From an uncultured archaeon (GTDB taxonomy: Archaea > Asgardarchaeota > Lokiarchaeia > Sigyniarchaeales > SOKP01), in NCBI GenBank assembly GCA_964583985.1, contig CAZOYD010000084.1:1-12639 (forward strand): 12,639 nucleotides of DNA, given 5' to 3'. The position numbers were made by a program, and so were the translations under genes. Shown in pieces: positions 7,045 through 12,639 of the stretch; position 1 is the first letter of the stretch; each line of letters starts with the position of its first letter. The notes under the pieces are model-generated. The model worked only from the letters and a program-made list of their open reading frames with translations, was not told where the DNA came from and searched no databases.

Positions 7045-7887
7045 TTATTCCTCCATTTTTTTTGGAGATTCTTTAATCTTTGTGACCTTCTCTTGAGATT
7101 CTTCAACGGATTGCAACGGTAACTTAATATTAACGGGAGTCCCAACGTGGATCAAGTCACTCTCCAATCTTTGACCAATCATTGTATAACTATTTGCCCC
7201 TAGTATTGCTCTATCATCCATTTGTGTTCCCGGAGAAATAATCGTTTGAGGTCCCACCACGCAAGCTTCACCAATCTTGACTTTCTGGATCAATACTCTA
7301 TCCTGATAAATTAAATGAGAAAATATGCATATATTCAAAGAAGTCATCGTAAAATTACCAATTTCGATAAAGTAGGGATCCACATATCCCTCATATAAAA
7401 CTACATTTTTACCAATACGAACTCCAAAAAATCTATAAACAAAAATATCCGCCCAAGGTATTGGTAACGCTCTTGCTAACCAAACTGGAAAAAACGCGGT
7501 CCAAAATTTCCGGTGTACATATTTCCATTCTTTAGTATCTCTTAAGAATATTCCTTCTTTTTGTGGAGATAATTTATTTAAAATCTTAAAAATGACAACC
7601 GAGAAGAGAATTATTGAAAAAGCAAATAAATAAGCACATCCATAAATATTTAAGGGAATGAGGCAAATAAAAAATACGCGTTCCAAAATTGAATCATTAA
7701 TAGGGTAAGGAAAAATAATTTGACCCGTAAAATAATAATACAAGTTATTCCAGTACCATGAGTTGGCAAGGATTGTAATTAACACCCCAACATACAATTG
7801 CACTATTATTACCAGCGTAAAAGGAGTTTTGTATACTCCGGAAGTGGATATAAATTGTACATTCTTAGCTGATATCTCACTTTTCAT
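7045..7887 (-). CDS. Membrane-anchored left-handed beta-helix acyltransferase-like protein (paralog of 6307..7041)
   Basis: Hydrophobic N-terminal helices, then QKEGIF, FFGVRIGK, IFSHL, VKIGEACVVGPQTIISPG and a terminal VGTP. Confidence 0.8.
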   Translation of the reverse strand: MKSEISAKNVQFISTSGVYKTPFTLVIIVQLYVGVLITILANSWYWNNLYYYFTGQIIFPYPINDSILERVFFICLIPLNIYGCAYLFAFSIILFSVVIFKILNKLSPQKEGIFLRDTKEWKYVHRKFWTAFFPVWLARALPIPWADIFVYRFFGVRIGKNVVLYEGYVDPYFIEIGNFTMTSLNICIFSHLIYQDRVLIQKVKIGEACVVGPQTIISPGTQMDDRAILGANSYTMIGQRLESDLIHVGTPVNIKLPLQSVEESQEKVTKIKESPKKMEE

Positions 7888-8008
7888 GATATATAACTTG
7901 CTTGATGCCTCTATTCTTCAATATATCATTATATGATCAGCACTTAATTTATATTTTTTATACCATCATGTAAATAAAATTAAACATTAGAAATATTAAT
8001 GGAATAGG

Positions 8009-8659
8009 TTATCTCAGATGAAAATTGTAATTATTCTTTAAAAGTTTCATCATTCTTAAGATAAGACGTAAATTCTCGTTATTACTATTAATATTTATAG
8101 AATTCGTTTGAAATTCCTTGAGGAAACGCGTTTTATAGCTAGTTGGAATCAATATGCTTTTTAATTCGGAAATTATTTTTCTTATAAGGATATCCTCTGA
8201 ATTCAATACGTGAAGATTATCTTGTAGTGAATAATTCTGATCATTTAAAATATCTGAAAATGCACTTTCGTCAATGATTATGCTATCTACCATGCCCCCG
8301 ATTTCTTTCGATATCTTATCAACATTGTTTAGCGTAAAATCATTATCATTGTTTCTTAAAATGATTAGAAGCCATAAATCCGCAGGAATTTGTGAAAGAA
8401 GATAGATATAATCTCGGTTTTTAATTAATGACGTGCTATATGTCTTTCCCACGAACATATCATCGAAATTATCCATTTCTGAGAAAATGGAGCAAGCTTT
8501 TGAACATATCTCATCCGGGTCAATACTATATCCATCAGGCACGCAATTAGCTATAGGCAAGGCCTCAACATCAATAATGTGAGCTGAATAAAAAGAATTC
8601 TTAAAAATTCTCTGTAATTTCTGTAATACTTTTTCAAAATTAGCTTGTAAATCTATCAT
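8009..8659 (-). CDS. Roadblock/LC7 (LAMTOR/MglB-like) domain protein with Asn-rich C-terminal extension
   Basis: The first ~125 aa follow the roadblock order helix-beta-beta-helix-beta-beta-beta-helix (FEKVLQKL; SAHIIDVEALPIA; DPDEICSKACSIF; SLIKNRDYIYLLSQI; LWLLIIL; VDKISKEIGGMV). Confidence 0.7.
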   Translation of the reverse strand: MIDLQANFEKVLQKLQRIFKNSFYSAHIIDVEALPIANCVPDGYSIDPDEICSKACSIFSEMDNFDDMFVGKTYSTSLIKNRDYIYLLSQIPADLWLLIILRNNDNDFTLNNVDKISKEIGGMVDSIIIDESAFSDILNDQNYSLQDNLHVLNSEDILIRKIISELKSILIPTSYKTRFLKEFQTNSININSNNENLRLILRMMKLLKNNYNFHLR

Positions 8660-8821
8660 TAGCGCAACATCATTTTTAAAGAGATATAAGTTTATTCAAA
8701 ATGTATGTTTTTAAAGTTCTAATAAAATATCGCTCGAAAAAGAAATAAATAATTTTGTTAATATCCCATTAAAAATATTGATTCACATAAAATTGACCCT
8801 TCTTCATTAAACAATCTAAGA

Positions 8822-9391
8822 TCATTTTTTCTTGAATTTTTTACCGATACTCCACGCTCTCCCTATGTGATCTCCAATCTTCCAGTAATTATTATCATTC
8901 ATTGTAAAAATTATCGGTTTGAATTTTTTCACATCAGGGATTCCATTAGTAAGGTTTTTTTCCTCAGCATATGCCCCAATGATTTCACCCATAAAAATCT
9001 CATGTCCAAAACCCAAATCAACAGTCTTTATCAATTTACATTCTAAATTTACAGGTGCTTCCATTATCATCGGGGCTGTTTTTAAATCACCGTAAAACAA
9101 TTCAAATAGCTCAGACTTATCAATATCTACTCCTGAATTAAGACCACAAAAGTCAGTAATTTCCACCATTTCCTCAGAAGGAAGATTAACACTAAATGTT
9201 CCATTTTCCTTTATTCCTTTGTTCGTATAATGTGATTGAGATGCTGAAATCTGGATCATTGGTGGATGGTGCTCTATAATCTGAACCCATGCAATAGGCA
9301 TAAAATTTGCCTTGCCTCCTACATTTGCACCAATAATTACCACTGGCATTGGATATAGATACATGCCATTTCTAATTTTATTCTTTATCAT
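8822..9391 (-). CDS. Flavin reductase-like / flavoredoxin (DIM6/NTAB family) FMN-binding protein
   Basis: LYPMPVVIIG, NFMPIAW, HYTNKGI, FSVNLPS, CGLNSG..IDK, APMI.EAPVNLEC and HEIFMGEI. Confidence 0.92.
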   Translation of the reverse strand: MIKNKIRNGMYLYPMPVVIIGANVGGKANFMPIAWVQIIEHHPPMIQISASQSHYTNKGIKENGTFSVNLPSEEMVEITDFCGLNSGVDIDKSELFELFYGDLKTAPMIMEAPVNLECKLIKTVDLGFGHEIFMGEIIGAYAEEKNLTNGIPDVKKFKPIIFTMNDNNYWKIGDHIGRAWSIGKKFKKK

Positions 9392-9531
9392 TGTATCATC
9401 TTTAAGTATTATTTATCTTAATAAAAGATTGTACGAGTTAAATAATTATTTCGAAAGAGAAAATGCATCTTATTTTCATATTTGGACTTCTAAAAAAATC
9501 TTTATTTTATGCAAATTATGCTTAGAAAGCA

Positions 9532-9613
9532 TATCATAGCCATGGTGAGAATTATGAGGATTTTCACCAAGATTATAATTAACCTTTAGCCTCCTAAAAT
9601 TCTTGGCTTGATA
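9532..9613. ncRNA. Candidate structured RNA element (unassigned)
   Basis: 11-bp hairpin at 9543-9569, a small hairpin TTTAG-CCTC-CTAAA, and an enclosing stem TATCA-T-AGCCA/TGGCT-TGATA. No RNA family recognised. Confidence 0.3.
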
Positions 9614-9742
9614 ACAACACAGTTCTTTTTTTGTACTTTTTAGTTTTTATTTCATTAAAATTAAATATATATCCAATTATTGTTTATTTAACTAAAATGA
9701 TCAAATTAGATTCAACAATATTCTATTACGAGTGTGAAAAAT

Positions 9743-10654
9743 ATGTCGATTGATTGGGCCGCCGCAGAAGCCAAACCGGACAAAGGGCAAAAGGTTGAAG
9801 GCAGATTCTTACTGGATCTCAGAGCTAAAGTCAATGATCTTGAACAACAGCTTAGTGAAAATAAAAAAGTTATTTCTGACACTCAGAAAAAGCTCCAAGA
9901 CACTACTCAAGCTTTAGATAAGGAAACTAATGAGCATAATTCAACCAAATCTACCCTGGATGGTGTTAAAACTGAATTGAATGCTGTTAAATCAACTCTC
10001 CAACAATATAATGCTGAAAATAAGAGTAAAGAGCAAACAATTATTAGTTTAACTACAGAACTTGATGGGTTAAAAACGAGCCTAGAGGAATCAAATTCAA
10101 AAATTAGTGAATTAGAAGCTAACTATCAAGCAAAAGAGAGCGAAGTGGGTGTTTTAAATGAAAAAAATGCAAGTTTAACGGCTGATTTGGATGATTTAAA
10201 AAATGAATTAAATAATGCAATGAGTCTTGGTTCAGAATCTCAAGAGAAAATGACTCAACTTTCAAGTGAAATCCAAGAATTAAAAAGCAAACTTGAATCT
10301 GCTCAATCAGAGAATGCAAGTCTTCACTCCCAATTGCAAGAAATGAATGACTTATTGCACCAAAAGGATTCAGAAATTCAGAATTTATCGGGTTCTATTG
10401 GTGAAAAAGAAAAACTGATTGAAGCTCAAACATCTCTCATCGAAGAAGTAGAAACTGAACTGAGTGAGTTAAAGCCTCCTGAAATTGGATCGGGTGGTTT
10501 TGTTAACGATGAGAGAACCACATGTCCCATGTGTGGTGCGGTAGGGCATAATATTAAACAAATTGAAGATAAAGGCAAAGTATTGAGCTACGTGGGTCAC
10601 ATTCCCATGTATGCAAAGAAACACGTCTGTAAGAAGTGCGGATACGAATTTTAA
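9743..10654 (+). CDS. Long coiled-coil protein with C-terminal C4 zinc ribbon
   Basis: About 220 aa of proline-free, E/K/Q/S/L-rich heptads, ending in CPMCG...CKKCGYEF. ATG 9743 is preferred over GTG 9734. Confidence 0.85.
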   Translation: MSIDWAAAEAKPDKGQKVEGRFLLDLRAKVNDLEQQLSENKKVISDTQKKLQDTTQALDKETNEHNSTKSTLDGVKTELNAVKSTLQQYNAENKSKEQTIISLTTELDGLKTSLEESNSKISELEANYQAKESEVGVLNEKNASLTADLDDLKNELNNAMSLGSESQEKMTQLSSEIQELKSKLESAQSENASLHSQLQEMNDLLHQKDSEIQNLSGSIGEKEKLIEAQTSLIEEVETELSELKPPEIGSGGFVNDERTTCPMCGAVGHNIKQIEDKGKVLSYVGHIPMYAKKHVCKKCGYEF

Positions 10655-10677
10655 CGTATGTAACGTGAAAAAATTAA

Positions 10678-10765
10678 TTTTTTTTGTTCATTTCTTTTTA
10701 ATCTTTTAAATAATAAAGTAATTTTCTTAATTGGTTAATCTTAATAAAGAAAAAAAAAAAGAAGA
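10678..10765. terminator. Probable oligo-T terminators between convergent genes
   Basis: T-tracts on + (from about 10678) after the coiled-coil gene, and a long A-run on + (about 10746-10765, oligo-T on -) after the MFS gene. Confidence 0.5.
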
Positions 10766-10775
10766 TAAGGTTACA

Positions 10776-12164
10776 TTATATTCGTGATTTTTTTTGATCA
10801 TGTATTTTTTGACGTTCTTCTTTTACTTTAAGAAGTCTTTCTCCGTGTAAGGGATATTTATATATTGCTAAGGCGGCAATAACTAATGCTATGGCAGGAA
10901 GTGCAAACATTAATATTTTTAAACCTATAGTCACGTTTATTCCAGGGTTGGGCACATATCCTCCGCCCCACTCAGTTCCTGAGAAAACAATTCCAATGGC
11001 TAAAATAACTAGAACATTAGAAAATCGAAGAACGAACGCATTAACACCATAATATCCCGCTTCTCGTCGCATACCCGTAACTGTTTCATCTTCGTCAATA
11101 ATATCGGCTACTACTAAATCGATAATAAATAATGATCCTGATAAACCGATTCCGATCAAAAAGAAGACAATCAACCCTCCAATAAATTCGCTTATAAATA
11201 AGGTTCCCGAGAGTGATAAAATCCAAATTATAAAAGAAATTATCCAAGCTTTCCTATTCCCAATTTTTCGCACTAAAGGTTTCCATAAAAATGTAATGAA
11301 TATAGTTGCTGATATGAAAGTAGTTGCTAACAGCAGTGAAGTAGATAATCCAACAACTTTTAGCACTTCTCCTGCATACAAGGGAACAATAGTGGGTAGC
11401 ATACCATACACGAACCATACACACGTCTCTGCTATGATATACCATCTAAATGATTTGCTTTTAAAACAATATTTTATTGTTCCGAAAAATCCGAAAGCTT
11501 TTTGATAATCCTGTTGGAATTCTACTCGTTCTTTGGGACCAAAGATAAGAAATATTAATGCGCAAGCAACAATGATAACTGCAGCGATGATTCCAAATAA
11601 TTGATATTTCGGTAAATTATTTGGATCTCTATAATCGTCAATTATCATACCCGGTAAAATGAAAGCGAATATTAAACCAACGATTGTAAAAACTTGTCGT
11701 ACATTATTAGCTTGAGTGCGTTCTTGTTGTGTCATAAAAATCTCTGGAAATAAAGAGGTTAGATTCAAGCTATAGATGGTATAAAATAGCTCAAATATCA
11801 CGATGACTATGAAAAAGTAAATAAAATTGGCTACCATGCTTGTATCCCCAAAACTTATCGGTGGAAAGTACAAAAATATAACCGTAATTGCTAATGGAAT
11901 AAATGCACCTATAATATAGGGTAGCCTTCAACCGAGTTTTGTATGAGTTCTATCAGATAGAAATCCCATCATTGGATCATTAACCGCATTCCACACAGAC
12001 CAAATTGAATATCCTAATACCATCAACCAGGTACCAATCCCTACAACAGCAAAATAAAAAGTAAAGATTAACAAAATGAAGGATTGATAAGACAATACGT
12101 CGCTAATCTGCCCAAAACTGTAGAACAGTGCTTTTCGTCCCGAACTTCTTTCCTTTTTACTCAT
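10776..12164 (-). pseudogene. GPH/MelB-family MFS sugar:cation symporter with one in-frame TGA at 11928-11930
   Basis: Track ORFs 11928..12164 and 10776..11873 are in the same frame. The read-through translation is ...WNAVNDPMMGFLSDRTHTKLG*RLPYIIGAFIPLAITVIFLYFPP..., 462 codons before the final stop. The C-terminal motif ADIIDEDE..TG.RREAGYYG is typical of the GPH family. Confidence 0.8.
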
Positions 12165-12225
12165 GAATGATCATTTACCAAAAATTTAAAATTTAAATCT
12201 AATTCAACCTCATAGTAAATAAAGA

Positions 12226-12639
12226 TTATTCGTTTTTTTTCTCATAAGAATACTGAGTATTGCATATTTTAAATCCTAATTTTTCATAAACATGAATCGC
12301 AGGGGGATTATCAACCCTAACTGTAATAAGGCATTGTTTTTTATCTTGAAAAAGTATTTTTAAAACTGATGAGACTAATGAACTGGCATATCCCTTATTC
12401 CAATAGTCGGGATGAGTTCCAACAATCGTGATATATCCCACTTCTTCATATTTCCACAGACTTGTAATACAAACTATTTGGTTTTGATCAAATATTCCAT
12501 AAAGGATGTTGTTTTCATCTATCAAGATATCTTCCGGTTTGCGAGAACCCCAATAGACAGGATCAGTAGTTCTCATTAAATTAGCGATATCAGCTTTATA
12601 TTCTTGAGATAGTACTGTAAATTCATATTTCTCACGCGA
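12226..12639 (-). CDS. GNAT-family N-acetyltransferase (5'-truncated by the window edge)
   Basis: Motif A VGTHPDYWNKGYAS and motif B V..DNPPAIHVYEKLGF. The frame stays open from 12576 to the window end (SREKYEFTVLSQEYKADIANLMRT...). Confidence 0.9.
   Translation of the reverse strand, partial: SREKYEFTVLSQEYKADIANLMRTTDPVYWGSRKPEDILIDENNILYGIFDQNQIVCITSLWKYEEVGYITIVGTHPDYWNKGYASSLVSSVLKILFQDKKQCLITVRVDNPPAIHVYEKLGFKICNTQYSYEKKNE

Noticed and set aside
9312-9539. 75-aa plus-strand ORF with a hydrophobic stretch
   Set aside because: It overlaps the flavin reductase 5' end on the opposite strand, and the hydrophobicity is expected from T-rich DNA. A small membrane peptide from ATG 9363 cannot be fully excluded.
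10520-10654. TFIIS/TFS/RpoM zinc ribbon
   Set aside because: The inter-knuckle spacer is longer and the QTRxADE acidic hairpin is absent.
9743-10654. SMC/Rad50 or myosin call
   Set aside because: No Walker motifs, hinge or motor domain. Any similarity would be generic coiled coil.
10119-11505. Short ORFs 10119..10319 (-), 11254..11445 (-) and 11296..11505 (+)
   Set aside because: Nested in or antisense to longer, well-supported genes, with no recognisable motifs.
11928-11930. Selenocysteine codon
   Set aside because: It aligns to a conserved Arg rather than Cys, in a non-redox transporter. No SECIS-like hairpin is evident in the A/T-tract 3' region.

Overview
AT-rich (roughly 30% GC by eye) archaeal chromosomal window, most likely from an Asgard archaeon of the Lokiarchaeia type. 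This is inferred from a Rag-like GTPase with a roadblock tail, a separate roadblock protein, eS25 and a tRNA with a bulge-helix-bulge intron. Left to right: the 5' end of a Bud23/WBSCR22-like rRNA methyltransferase (missed by the ORF track) divergent from ribosomal protein eS25, an intron-containing tRNA-Ser(CGA), and a PfkB kinase. A minus-strand run follows, in transcription order: flavin reductase, roadblock protein, two paralogous membrane-anchored left-handed beta-helix (LbH) proteins, a tandem metallophosphoesterase with a degenerate second domain, a ThiI-like THUMP protein with a degenerate PP-loop, a MoaD/SAMP/Urm1-like protein, and the Rag-like GTPase. The window ends with a structured intergenic region, a long coiled-coil/Zn-ribbon protein, a GPH-family MFS transporter interrupted by one in-frame TGA, and a partial GNAT acetyltransferase. 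No mobile element or CRISPR array was seen. The best leads are the ThiI-like/Ubl pair, the LbH pair plus phosphoesterase operon, and the Bud23-like gene. All family calls come from recognising motifs by eye; no database search was run.
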